The notes below the pieces were generated by a model. It was given only the letters and a program-made list of their open reading frames with translations. It made no database searches and was not told the DNA's origin. Made by a program: the position numbers and the translations under genes. Below, piece by piece: positions 25,649 to 39,199 of a stretch of 64,000 nt of DNA. Source of the stretch: Phoronis australis (lineage: Eukaryota > Animalia > Phoronida); assembly GCA_002633005.1 (NCBI GenBank), contig NMRA01000195.1:127951-191950 (forward strand), written 5' to 3'. Each line of letters begins with the position of its first letter. The stretch's first letter is position 1.

Positions 25649-26540
25649 TATTATGCACTTCTTGATTGTAAACGAGGTCTATGTTTTCAGACTAGTCAAA
25701 TAACAAGAGCGTCTTTGAAAGAACTATAGCAGGCCCTGTAAATTATGAGGCATTAAACCTAACATTTAGTGTCTGTAGAAGCTTTGTCGGGTATTAATGA
25801 GGCGTTCTTACGCAGCCAGATGTCGCCATTTCCACAATTTGCAAGGAGAAATACGTCGAGATTTGCAAGAAGTGAAGTCTAAAAAATACTGTTTTTGTGC
25901 CCAAACCTAGTTCAATTTATTTTTAAAACTATTGAAACTAATGGAAGGGTGCTACATTTCGTTTGAATCGTTTGTCGATCACAGGTTTGGTCAGTTACCT
26001 ACCACTTTTAATCAGCACGTTGTTGTTATACAAATGCCGGTAGATATTTGAAAAATCGAACATATTTTGGAAAAGAGACTCGTGCCATGTTTTGTGTCAT
26101 ACCATTGTCATATTAATGCTAAAAAACAATCAACAAATGCCGTCTGCCATGTCAATGCGATCTCAAGCTGCATGTCATTACGTTCAACCTGCATATACAT
26201 GTACAAAGTTTCCCTAAAGGCCAGGGAACATTTCAAATTCATCGAGTAATTTACACACTGCAATATAAAATTATTGCAATGCAAACAAAGCGTACGAATC
26301 CGGATGAAACAAAATGTCGGAAATTTATGCACAATAACTCACTTCACAAAATGATTTGGAAGGAACAAAGGACATTACCATTGCAGCGGTCATACTGTAC
26401 ATAACGATGCACCGGTATACGATACAGCTGCAATAGAAATTTGAGAACATCGCATCGACAGCCACTGTGTATTGAATAGTGTTGCGATGGATGATGGTGA
26501 CACATTTTGTGCAGGCTTCGAATTTTTATGCATTATTTAC

Positions 26541-26676
26541 CCGTTGCTTCACGACGTAGTCCATTGCGATGATCCTCCTTTGTCTGATCTTGAAGTTTCT
26601 TGCCAATAACTGGACTTCCACTATCGACGGCAGATGTAACTTTCGTAAATGCGTTCTCTGGCGCTTTCCGGTTCAT
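26541..26676 (-). CDS. Coiled-coil protein, first coding exon
   Basis: ATG at 26676, reading MNRKAPENAFTKVTSAVDSGSPVIGKKLQDQTKEDHRNGLRREAT. Donor G|GTAAAT is phase 1. An upstream acceptor CTTCTTTTCAG at ~26718 implies a 5'UTR intron. Confidence 0.7.
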
Positions 26677-29600
26677 TGTGAGATACCCACAAGTCTGTCT
26701 TAAAGTTGGTTATTTTCCTGAAAAGAAGCAAAATGATGGTGATGGTCGCTTCAAAGCATGGTCTCGCACCATTATTAGGTGCAAAGCTTCTTCTCTGATG
26801 ACCCTGTTTAGGCGTCTTAACTCTTAGACTTTAACGCTGTGAAATTACGACTTTGGATATTTAGCTGGAAATTGTGATTTTCCTTGCAAGCTTATGAAAC
26901 TTCCCAACGAACAGAGTAGAATAACCAATCCGATAGCATCTATCAAACTAAAATTACAAGCGATCAAGAAATCATTTGAGCTAATTTATACATAAACATT
27001 CGAGAGTTTGTCGGCAGTAGTCAAAGCAAATGTACAAGGTAGTAGATTTGTTATTATTCAGAGACAGCCGAGCAAGAGAGTTGGTAGTGTGAAGATTTTG
27101 GATAAGCTTTTAGCAACTAGTAATTTATTATGCCTGCCCACTGTTTGTAGCGGTCTTCTATTGTGATCACAGCTGCTTTTCATCCTCGTGGGCAACCACC
27201 CACCCACCACGGACATCCCCCAACATTAGACGTTGAGTTCTCAATGCCGACAACTGAAAGGTTTTCACTGCGCAGCAGTCGAATACTTATTAAAAGTTCT
27301 TAACCACTCGCTATTACTTTTTCATTCAAACGACTGCACGTCTTGTTGGCAACCGCAACAGTTGCACGGAAATCCTACATGAGTGATACCAGCACAAAAG
27401 AAACAGTAAAGTAATTAATTGATTGAGCAATTGAAGTTCAATACATTTCTTGTACCCCAAACGTTATATTTCTGTCATTACCTCAGGTTGGTACTTACTT
27501 CGTTTACAAAGAACCTGACGTCGTCTTATTACTGTACTCTCCTCGTTCATTCGGTCTTCGGTACATGTGACTTGCTTAACCAAATCACTAGGCCGACTTG
27601 AGAACACGGTACTCGACTGAAAACCATTGGTGTTTAGTACTGTGTCAACGTTTCCGCTTTGGTTGCGTGAGTAACATTTTCAATCGTGCCGATCGATCAC
27701 TAACGCTTCATATATGATTTATAACAGACTAATCAATAGCATACAAAACAGTTCTTCTCGTGTTAATTAATCCATGCATTTCCCCCCCGGCGTAATGTTA
27801 GAATCTTATTAGTTTACCTTAGGAGTGTTTGTTTGTTCCGTTGTCACGAATCGTGTTTTACGGGAGTAGTTCGCACGAGACTGATACTGATACATTGCAT
27901 AATTCATGAATATACCTTAGTCTGAAACTGAAAAGGATACGCAGCACTAATCGTTGGCTAAGCAGATCACCAGGTATACTGATAGAAAGATAACCGGATC
28001 GATAGAGCGATAGATACACTGTAAATAGTTCGATAAGGAGATAGATGGATGCGTACATATAGATGGATGGAAAACTGCAAAGATGGGTGTTTTTCTAAAA
28101 TTAATCGAATTTTCAAAGCTTGGCTTCGTAACAGTTTCCAAACATTAATTACTGAACCTGAATCTAATCTAGTAGTGGCGTTTACCCATCCCATACACGC
28201 GTTGCCTAAATGACAGTATGCGTCCATGGCAAGGACATGCTTAAATCATAAGCAACAGCTGTTACGACCTCTTTAATTGGGTCACCAATCAGATCATTGA
28301 TTAATTTTAACTAATTCATGGGGATTCTTTAATTCAAAAGTCTTGCTTAAAGTGTTCAAAATGTTTGAATTCCAGATCTTAAAATCGTTACAAGATTTAT
28401 TAAACAAAACATTCCTACATACAAGTCCACGTGTGACACAGGCCACACACAGCTTCATATTGGAGCCCACCTATCGTCCTCCAACATCAAAATATTTAAC
28501 ATAACGTTGTCATTTTACCGTAGAAAAACGTTATTTTGAGGTTTTTGTTGAACGGGTTGTGCCTTTTAAAGTTACCTTTGTCCAGAGTTCTTGAAAAAAC
28601 AAATTCGTTAGTTTTGGTACTATTACAGTGTTTCTATGTTGTGTTCCAGCCTTTGGCTGAAATCAAGGTCGGTGACTTCAGCAGTGAAATACGCTTAAAA
28701 GAATACCAATGGGGGTTCACTTCAGCCGACAAAGCCTTTTACTGCTACATGTACGCTACACCAGTGCAGGTGCTTCATCTCCCAAACTGTCTATTATTCC
28801 CGACAACACTCAGTTGAAGCAACTCAGACACGTCATCGCGTTCAAGTAAAAAGGTCATAAACTCACGCAGCCTATTGATATTTTGTTTTGTTCTTATCGT
28901 TTCACAGATTATCAGTTCCAATGAATCCAGTGAAACAGTAGACTACTCAATTACCGCAATAACCACAATAACTATCCTATAATCTTACTAATTGATTACC
29001 GCTAATTAAGTATTGCCTTTCAATCTGCACTCTCGACAGCCACATTAAACCCAACCAATTAATATATCGACCTCTTTTTCTGACGTAGTTTTCACAATTC
29101 CTCAGACAAAAATTGCACTACAAAGTTTTTAAGTACACATATGAGCTCAATGAGATACGTGCAATATAGGACTGGTTACATTTGCATGTACATGTACACA
29201 CTGTATCGTGTGACAGTAAGCCCAGGTGCAGTCCCAGAAACAAAGTTTTGATTTAGACCTCTGGCCGATATAAATTTGTAGTCTCAACTTTATCACTTAC
29301 TCAGAGGTGAATTCTAGGTTTGCGAAGATTTGGCAGCGTCTTGAAAGCTTCGAATAACGCGAACGTGGAATTGGGGACGACGAAACATGATTCACAATGT
29401 CTTACCTTTCAGTGTAGCTACTTTTCAACAAATCCAATTTAACAGTTAAAATGTCTACTCTTACTTTAAGCCAGTACTGACGATACACAATAAGGATAAT
29501 GTCGACATGCACATTAGGCAGACAACAACTATTCACCAAACATAAAACTGCATGAATTAATTATTAAACCATCACCAATGACTTTCTCCTCACGCTACAA

Positions 29601-30809
29601 AAATAAATAAATGCAACCCCTGTGAGATTATTTTTCTCTGTAACATTATTGTTGTTCAACTGCATGAATCCCACGATACGTCAATTTACATAAAATCAAA
29701 TGTCAAATACCACAATACATGTACATGTACATTGGACCACGTGGCAACAATAACATATTTTAGTTGAAATATGTTGACCGGTTCTGTAAACCAAGAGTAC
29801 CGTGTGATCTCTTGGATTAGTGCAAGTGCCATGTATTTTTGGTGTAACTAATCCAGGTTCATTTTTAAATATTTTTTGTAACTGTTTATTCATCAAACAC
29901 ACTATTAACCACCACATTATCAATTTCACTGTATAAATCACACCCATTCACCATTTACGACCTGCAATTGCTTCCACAAGAGTTATTTAATATGTGCTCA
30001 TGTATGAATGAGTTAAAACTTTACTCAGCAAAAATAGAATCCCAAAGAGACCAACGTTCTTGTAGTACAACCGATAAGAAGATTATTTGAACATATATTT
30101 CCAGTTATAAAATGTGTTTATCAAATAATTAATTAAACATTCGGGTTTAAGTTATGTTTAATTTTTGTAATGTTAATGTAAAAGTTCGCACATTTATATA
30201 AGAATATAGTATTGAGTGCGTTTTCCCTTTTTTCAAAATGGGTTGCAAAACGTATTATGTTTTTATGTAGATGAAGTTAGGAGTAGATTGTTGCTGACAA
30301 TAGGCTTGCATTTAACGCTTTCTGTTTATTTTTTTTAAGATACCGTTCCGAAACCGTTGTGTAGCTCTTATTCTAGGACCACGTGTGCCAAGAAGATTCG
30401 TAAGTTTATGAATCGGATATGGTAAGTACAACTCCTTATCATTCAGCGTAAATAGCACCATCTTTAAGGCAAATGTTGACAGTTGTAAATTGTGCAAATG
30501 TTCTACGTTAAAGTTATACAATAAAACAAAAATAAGCAACATAGGCTACGTTTAAAATTCGCAACACCACTCACACTTAGAAAGAACAAAAATGTATTTA
30601 GCAACTTTGCCAATACATCTAGTTTTGGGGCGAAAAAACACTTGATAACTTTGGTTTGAGTAGACTGTGACCTTAGCTGTGAATAGTAACATCCGGGTTG
30701 TGTTGTTGTGGTGCTATTACATTGCCAATTCAAAAACTTTGGCAACCAGGACATCAACGGAAACCGAGACCGGTGACTTAATCGATAAATATGCTTAGTA
30801 GGCACGCTG

Positions 30810-30940
30810 CAGTTATTGCAGGGTTTTGGCTGCCGACTCTAGCTTAAGTGGAGATGAGTTCGTGCCTCACGTCCTAACCAAGACTCTGAAAAATAAACAC
30901 AATGTTTAGTAGCATTCCCAGCTCACAAGCACTATTTGTG
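30810..30940 (+). mobile_element. Possible degenerate tRNA-derived SINE head
   Basis: B-box-like GAGTTCGTGCC followed by GTCCTAACCAAGACT, resembling invertebrate SINE heads. No cloverleaf. Confidence 0.25.
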
Positions 30941-33900
30941 ATAACTGTGACATAAATACAGTATGCTGCAAATTTTTTAAATCATTTAATTCCCATCGAA
31001 AAAAATTGCACTACAGATAACTAGGACCAAACTTCCCCAAATTTGACACTTTTGTCCAAAAAGTTACCACTTCCCAGTAAGTGCTAGAAAAAATATGACT
31101 ACAGATTGAGATTGCTCGTTCGCTCTAAAGTCTAAAAAAGTGATCATAGTACCCCCTTTCCAAATGTCCGCTTGGCAATTTTGAACTGTTTGACAGTTAC
31201 CCCGAAATCGCAGACAGCAAGCGACACAGGTTTAAAACAATCTGCAGCCATCATTTTGCATCAAATGTAGGTCGTGGCTAAACAAACTTGGTTCAAAACC
31301 ACAACCACATAGGTTTCCTTGAAATTGTTTTCAGCGCATTCCTCAAAACAACGGCCAAACCTGACACACACCCTTTATTTAAATTCTAGCTAGAATATTT
31401 CCGCGGCATCAGCCTAATTGTTCAGTGCTACCTTAGCTCTACAATAAGGTGTTGGATTGCAACCACAGAGGTCGTCCCTAGCGGGTGGTCGAATGCTTCT
31501 TGGAGATAATCGTCAACACACAACATTGTTGCCAACGAAGTTATTGTATCCAAGCTGACAACCAGATCTGTGAGCATCATGACAATCATCAGTAACAGCT
31601 TGCTAAAATCCAATGGTGTATTAGGACTTTTGGACATCTCGAATCTGCAACAAACTTGCGTTCAGAATGTAGTGCCTGTTAGCTCGTGTCAGCCACTTGC
31701 TGGAAAGTCGTGATTTTGGTGGAGAAATTGCAATTCTCACCTTCTCACGAATTTGGAGCAATACTGTGCGTTGACAGAAAATGGGTTCACTTGATCTCTC
31801 AAGCGTTTAACTTCGCTCCGGACAAACCAGCGAATAGAGTCCATGCTCGAATTACTAAATCATCATCTACATGTACAACAACATGAACAATGTTAGGCCC
31901 ATGCGGAGGTGGTTAGACTAATACTCGTGACATTTTGTCAGGTTTATTACGATAAAGCAAGGAGCCACTGCCCAGTACTCACTGGGTTTGATGGCAATGC
32001 ACGCATCACTGAAGTTGTAGGTTTTCTTAGTAGCAGGGTATGAACAAATGAAAATTCTTACATGTAGGTTGTTAGAATTATAAAATGCCAATACAGATAT
32101 GCAAAATTATAATTATTTATGAAGCAAATTATTGACTGTCTTCTGCATCTTGTACAATCATACACCAACATGGGCTGTTGAAGCGCTGTTTACTGTTATA
32201 CTTTTCGGTTGAAAAATGACAGAGTTGCAAAAAATCAATGGCAGTAAGGGAGGAGTCATATTTTCCATTGAAGTACTATTAAAATAAACGTTGCTATTTG
32301 CTTGGGATACGTAATTTTGGTATCGCGTTAAAGCTCACCAGGTGTTGTTTTATCTTGTGGGAACACTTTATATATGTCATGAAAGTGTCAACAACCGAAA
32401 TTAGGTTAGATCAGAAGGCTGAACAATCATTCCACCCTCAACCCTACATGTACATATATATTCAATAAGAAAGAAACAAAACCGGGAAAAATAAACACAA
32501 GCATGTCCAGTGTATGCTCGGTGGAATCTCAGTCGCGCGAGATCGAAGTTCCACGGGTCATTGCATTGTCGAATAGACCCTACACAGTATGTTTTTCACT
32601 GGTTTCATTGTAAATAAATAAAATGCACTACAGCGTGTTACGTATAACTGTTTGAATGCATTATTTATTATCAAAATTTGACCCAGCTACATGTATTTCG
32701 TTACGATTTGATAGCAGCACTACCCACGGTGTGCACGCAATTTCACCTCATACCAGCAGGCACCGACCGAGAGTTACAAATCCACAACGCCCATGCCCCT
32801 AATTGCCAATAATGTCCAAAAATATCCCATTTTAGGTAGCCAAAGTTAATTCCTTGGGACCAGAGCATTTGGGGTTTCTCTACTACAAAACCAGTATCAT
32901 CCAATCATCCTAGTTGAAGATGTATCAACACGTATGGCTGCGAGCGAATTGGACTAGACTGCAAGTGCGTGTATCTGGCAGCTAGCCCTGATATTGGTTG
33001 GAACACGCATAATTCATTCACGTTCCTTCTTTAAATTTCCCGTCCATTCAAGATTCTTGTTTTGGAATTTTTTGGATTGCCATTTTAGTTACCTTCGTCG
33101 GATTAACCTAATCATTGACTCAGGGCAACCCTTCTGAAAAAGCACACAAGTCCTCTCACGGGCGCTTTTCCTGTGTTACTGAAGCAAATTCCACGATTCT
33201 AAACCAACTGTTCGCCTGCCAGGGAGTAAGGTTATCCGTGTACGAGTAAAGATATGTATCTCGAGAGACAAATTGGGCAGGTGCAGGGAATGTGCGTGTG
33301 TAAGAAAGGAAGAGCGTCATAGACAGGAGAATTTTGTTCGTGGACAACCCCGAGCTGCGCACGGCCATGGAAGTTTAGGTACATGTATCTTGAAGTAGTA
33401 CACGAAAGTCTTTAAGCCTCATATTCTCTATTGAAGTAGAACAAGTTTTTTTTTTTTACATTAGGTCCTACTTGTGTATAGATACAAAGACACCCATACA
33501 TTCTCTCAAAACCGGCCTTGAAATTTTGCTAACACTTTTCTCAACAGAGGCAGGAACTTCAAATTTTGTGGACTGTCAATTCTATCTTTTGAGCTGATGC
33601 TAGCGTAGTTTTTAATGCTAGCGTTTTCGACACTTGCTGACATGAGGCACGAGGAGGCGTGGAATGAATATTGTACAGACGCATGACTTCAGTAGGAGCT
33701 GGGAATCCCCCACACCAGCGTTTGAGCACATCTCGATGAACCAAGTTGAAAAAGTTCACTAGCCTATGGAATACTTCCATCAACCACGAAATCGATATAG
33801 TTACTAAAAAATGATAAGCAGCGTTGAGCAATTTTACGCAACTCGCAGCCTTTGTTTTCAATATAACTGTGTAGGTTAATACGAAGTTTCGGGATCCTAC

Positions 33901-33984
33901 ATGTAAATCAAGTAGAAACAAATACTAGCAAAAGTTTCGGGAATGTTTGTAGTAAGTTACGCATTACTGAACAAAAAATAGTCC

Positions 33985-35288
33985 TTTTTATGCGCCCACA
34001 TATTAATGTGTGGGTGCATATTCCCGTCATCTCTGTCTGGGCGTCAGGCAACTGGGCGTCTGGCGTAAGCGGCTGTATCTAAAAAACTCCTTGCAGGATA
34101 TTATTGAAATTTGACAGGTGTGTTCCTATAGGGTTGACGACAGAGAGGACGAATACCACTGTGTCCTTATTGGTATGTTTTTTTTACCTTTGCCTCTGTA
34201 TATATCTTCAAAGGTCCTCAACCGATTTTCACGAAATTTGGCACATAGGCATCTATTAATGAGGTGACGCTATCTTTCATTTCGGATGAATTCGAGTTAT
34301 TTTGCGCCATCTAGTATCCATTTTTACTGGTTTCGTGTCTGTTTTTGACGTCTGTCCCTCCATCAACCAAATCACTCTAAGGATGATATTGAAAATTGGC
34401 ATCTATGGTCTTACTGTAAAGAGGACAATTGACGATGTTTTTCCGATGACTTCGACTGCTGTGGCGCCTTCTAGTGGCATTTTTGTTGTTTTTGTTTTTG
34501 TTTTGTGCCCAGGTGTACCTGTACTTCCAAAGCCCGCAGCAAGATCTTTATTAAACTTAGAGCATATGTATGAAGCAAACAACGGAATACGACGACTTTC
34601 AGACGGTTCCCACCAACACTGCCCCCTAGTGGTAATTTCATTTTTCTGTTTTCCTCTGTTTCTCTGATGAAGTTTTATGAAATTTGTTAAATAGCTTTCT
34701 TTTAAAGAAATGGCAACATTTTCTGGTTTTCAGACGGATTTGACGTTTATGGGTGCATCCAGTGGCCATTTTTTTGGTGTTTTCTAGTCTGCTTGGCCTC
34801 CGTCCTGTGTCAACCAAACCACTCCAAGGATGATTGTGAAAATTGGACTACACGTATATTTGTTAGTATGAGGAGGGCGGTTGACAATGATTTTCCGGCT
34901 TCAATTACTGTGGCGCCTCCTAGTGGCATTTTTTCGCCCTTAGCTGTATCTCCTAAGAACTCTGAAGAATACTTATTAAATTTAGCAAGTTGGTGTATTT
35001 ATATGACGTTGATAACGGAAGACGACAACTTTCAGACGAATCCGATGAACCTTTGTCCCCTAATGACATTTTTATTTTTCCGTTTGACTAATGTTTCTTG
35101 AAGGATTTGCATGAAATGTGGTAAATAGCTTTCAGTTGAAAAAAGCGCCGACATTTTCAGGTTTTTGGTAGATTCTAAGTATTTTGCACTGTCTAGTGGC
35201 CACTTTTATGATACAAATAAACACCCTAGAGGCAATCCGTTTGCAGTGCATTAGTGGGCGCATTTCAACGCTCCGCGTTGCTCTTGTT
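33985..35288 (+). mobile_element. Helentron-associated non-autonomous element (HINE/DINE-1-like), apparently complete
   Basis: 5' T-run plus subTIR ATGCGCCCAC, paired with nearby GTGGGTGCAT. GTCTG/GGCGTC microsatellite-like tract. Central degenerate tandem repeats. 3' subTIR GTGGGCGCAT (35254-63), hairpin CAACGCTCCGCGTTG (35266-80), end CTCTTGTT. Confidence 0.8.
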
Positions 35289-35539
35289 ATTTATGTAAAT
35301 ATCTATGCACGGTTTTCTGATTGCTCAGATTATACTTTGCTACATGGTGTGACCCAAATTTGCAATAGGTAAAACCTTTGTATAATTTCATTTAAAGAAT
35401 TATAGTGAGTAACGTGCGTATTTTTGGGTAGGTTGTTCAACCGATGGTTATAAGGTGTAACGATCAGAACAAAAAAATGTCACACGAAAACAGTTGCGGG
35501 TTCCCAGGGAGGCTGTGGAGTATACGTACATGTACATGT

Positions 35540-35750
35540 ATGTATAGCAACACCTCCGCTCTTCCTGTTTCTGTCACGTCTTAGAAGATCAAATCCGTCT
35601 ATATTAACTTCAGAATCCTCGACCATTGATGAGAGCCAAGTTTCATTTAAACACAAGATATCAGTGGTGCTCTGGCTCATAATCAATCTCAGACCATCAA
35701 CCCGATCTAGGGGGGAAACGATGTTTAAATGAGCAATACCAAGATCCTTA
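35540..35750 (-). mobile_element. CR1/L2-type LINE apurinic endonuclease remnant
   Basis: Reads LGIAHLNIVS..DRVDGLRLIMSQSTTDILCLNETWLSSMVEDSEVNIDGFDLLRRDRNRKSGGVAI, the typical APE N-terminal motifs. Confidence 0.85.
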
Positions 35751-36993
35751 GCGAACTTTAATGAAGACAGTTCGGGATCCCATAATTCTCTTTTTGAAAT
35801 GTCAATTGATGCCCTGGTAGAATCTTTTTGTCCGTCTCTGTGAGGTACATATTCTCGTGGTTTTGGAATAAGCAGTCATCAAAGTCAAAAATACTTGACA
35901 ATGAACTTTCACGTTGGTATACGACTGCTGTTGTATCATTACATATATGTAGAGCCCCATGGTTTTTAGTCATTGCTTGATCCTGGGCTTTTATCATGAT
36001 TTGTGACTATACTGTAGCTCACACTTAAAGCACTTCATGCGGCTTTGCAATTCCATGCAAAACTTTGAGCCTCACAACAAAACAATTCGTTGACCACGGT
36101 GAGCGAAAATTGGGAAATTATTTGACCTTGGTGACTCACGTTTGGAAAATTGACGTGACCACAAGAGAGCTGAGTTTTGTAAATATCAAAAAACCAGAAA
36201 TCCATGATCAGTTTTCTAGATTTGTCTTCCAAAATAGTACATGTACCTCTAGTTTGCTTTCGAATATGCTTGTTCTCTGCACATGTACAGTACTAATATA
36301 GAGCAAAAAATCAACGTACACGATGCCCTTTTTCGGGCAATACAAGCAATTGCAAAAAAATAACACTGTACATACGGGAACAGCCATCCTCAGCAAGACA
36401 GTTAAATGAAGTGCCTATAAGTACTGTACATGTACATCTGCTTTCCATGTTGAAGTTCTTTTTTTCTACATCTTCAAGTATTGGTAGTTTTTTAATTAAG
36501 GGTTGGTGTATGATTCGAAAACAAACCGTGCCATTTTCCAATGAGGCACTTATTGCTCGTATTCCAGACATAATGTACATGTAAGGGTAGGAGAGTAAAC
36601 ACTGTCATTATCTCTTCTTCTTTTGAAATGAATGGTATTTACTAAACAATTGTATTATTATGTTTTATGCCCGCGGATGTACAAGGTACTGAGCGAGTAA
36701 TACTGTCACATGACCTTACACATGTATATTTCTATGGGTGTAGGATGTCTCCCCAAATAACAAACTATTGAAAATAACCCCTCATCCTTTCAGATTATCA
36801 CCTTTCAATACTGTTTTTCTAAGTAAGAAAAGCGTTTTGGACAATACGATTTTGAGTAGGTTAAATAAATGTCCAATCCGACAGCATTGTCTACTCATTT
36901 TACGGTCACCTGTTGAACTCCATGATCGACATAATTGTATAATATAAAGTAAACATCGTGAACTCGCACCAAGCTTTCAGGGATTAAAGGGTG

Positions 36994-38082
36994 CGACAAA
37001 ATATTGAACACGCTACAACACGTCAAAATATTGAACACGCTACAACACGTCAAAATATTGAACACGCTACAACACGTCAAAATATTGAACACGCTACAAC
37101 ACGTCAAAATATTGAACACGCTACAACACGTCAAAATATTGAACACGCTACAACACGTCAAAATATTGAACACGCTACAACACGTCAAAATATTGAACAC
37201 GCTACAACACGTCAAAATATTGAACACGCTACAACACGTCAAAATATTGAACACGCTACAACACGTCAAAATATTGAACACGCTACAACACGTCAAAATA
37301 TTGAACACGCTACAACACGTCAAAATATTGAACACGCTACAACACGTCAAAATATTGAACACGCTACAACACGTCAAAATATTGAACACGCTACAACACG
37401 TCAAAATATTGAACACGCTACAACACGTCAAAATATTGAACACGCTACAACACGTCAAAATATTGAACACGCTACAACACGTCAAAATATTGAACACGCT
37501 ACAACACGTCAAAATATTGAACACGCTACAACACGTCAAAATATTGAACACGCTACAACACGTCAAAATATTGAACACGCTACAACACGTCAAAATATTG
37601 AACACGCTACAACACGTCAAAATATTGAACACGCTACAACACGTCAAAATATTGAACACGCTACAACACGTCAAAATATTGAACACGCTACAACACGTCA
37701 AAATATTGAACACGCTACAACACGTCAAAATATTGAACACGCTACAACACGTCAAAATATTGAACACGCTACAACACGTCAAAATATTGAACACGCTACA
37801 ACACGTCAAAATATTGAACACGCTACAACACGTCAAAATATTGAACACGCTACAACACGTCAAAATATTGAACACGCTACAACACGTCAAAATATTGAAC
37901 ACGCTACAACACGTCAAAATATTGAACACGCTACAACACGTCAAAATATTGAACACGCTACAACACGTCAAAATATTGAACACGCTACAACACGTCAAAA
38001 TATTGAACACGCTACAACACGTCAAAATATTGAACACGCTACAACACGTCAAAATATTGAACACGCTACAACACGTCAAAAT
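36994..38082. repeat. Perfect 27-bp tandem repeat (CGTCAAAATATTGAACACGCTACAACA) x ~40, ending at a 1-N gap
   Basis: Units are identical apart from the first (CGAC..). There are no spacers. The long ORFs (RQNIEHATT, VKILNTLQH, TCCSVFNIL repeats) arise because the period is a multiple of 3. Confidence 0.98.
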
Positions 38083-39199
38083 NTTTTTTTTTTGGGGGGG
38101 GGGGGGCTAGACCTACTTGCCCTCGCTTAAATCCTCAACTGATATGTACTGCAGTTATAAACCAATCCGACAGAAAATGCATGCACTTAAACAGTTTTGG
38201 CTGACGGAAGCATTGGATAGTACAAAAGGCAGAACCAGAGTTTTTGAATGACATACATGTACATGTATGCTCGAGGCTCCTTGAAAACGCAAGGCAGACA
38301 CCATAAGGTAGACAGGTACCCTGGACCTGATGGCGATCTAATAGTTCATGAGCAAGTCAAGTAGCTCAAGATTGTCACTTGTTCCGTAGACGTCAGTTAA
38401 GAAAGCAGGCGCACATCTACGTGATCATATTTAAATTCACGCGCCCACCGCGTTTCACCGCGTGAATGATGGGCGTAGGTTGTCACTGACCTGCACTAAT
38501 AACTGATTCATGCCGAATGACGTCGTATGGAAATTATTTTTTAACTTGCCACTCTCACGCGACTGGCTCTACGATTGTGTTCCTGTGTATATGTCGCATA
38601 GAACTCAGCTGATTACCGATAAATAACCGCTATCACATTCATTACAACACAGGCCCGTAGCCAGAGGGGTTCGGGGGTTTGATCAAACTCCCTCCGAGGA
38701 AAAGGTCCAGCCCTTGCCTATCAGATAGGATAAGATAGGATTTACTAGATGGACAAAATTATTGAAACTACAAGTTCTACTAACCACAATCATAACCAAG
38801 TTAATAGTAATTTTGAATTTACTTCTGATAAACACAATCATCGGGCAGTATCATGGAGTTCCCCAAGAAACAAAAAATCACTGTTATCTTGTCCACATGA
38901 AAATTTTCACGATATGTTTGTTTTAACCACTCAACAATCAAGACGACATTCCCAAAACAGATGGGGAAAAGTTTCACTGTGTTCACCACAGAAAGCGCAT
39001 AAAGTTTTAATTTTCATTTTGTGTAAATAATTGTTGGTTGGCAATATTCTGTGAATTAAGCGGTGTCTAAACCAACGCAATTTTTTATGTTTTGTACAAT
39101 TGAAGGAGAGTCTATTTAGTTTTCGTCACCATGTATCGGGGTCAATAAAATTTACATTATTGATAACACCGTTAATATCTATCTCAGATGGCCGATTGT

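Noticed and set aside
28400-29480. Possible additional CR1-like LINE remnant on the minus strand
   Set aside because: Only faint motif resemblance, too degraded to support without a search.
31430-31870. Possible coding remnant on the minus strand
   Set aside because: Multiple stops in all frames and no recognisable motif.
36895-38130. CRISPR array or repeat-protein genes in the 27-bp array (ORFs of 368-394 aa)
   Set aside because: There are no spacers and no cas genes, and the context is eukaryotic. The ORFs on both strands follow from a 27-bp period without stops, and there is no synonymous variation between units.
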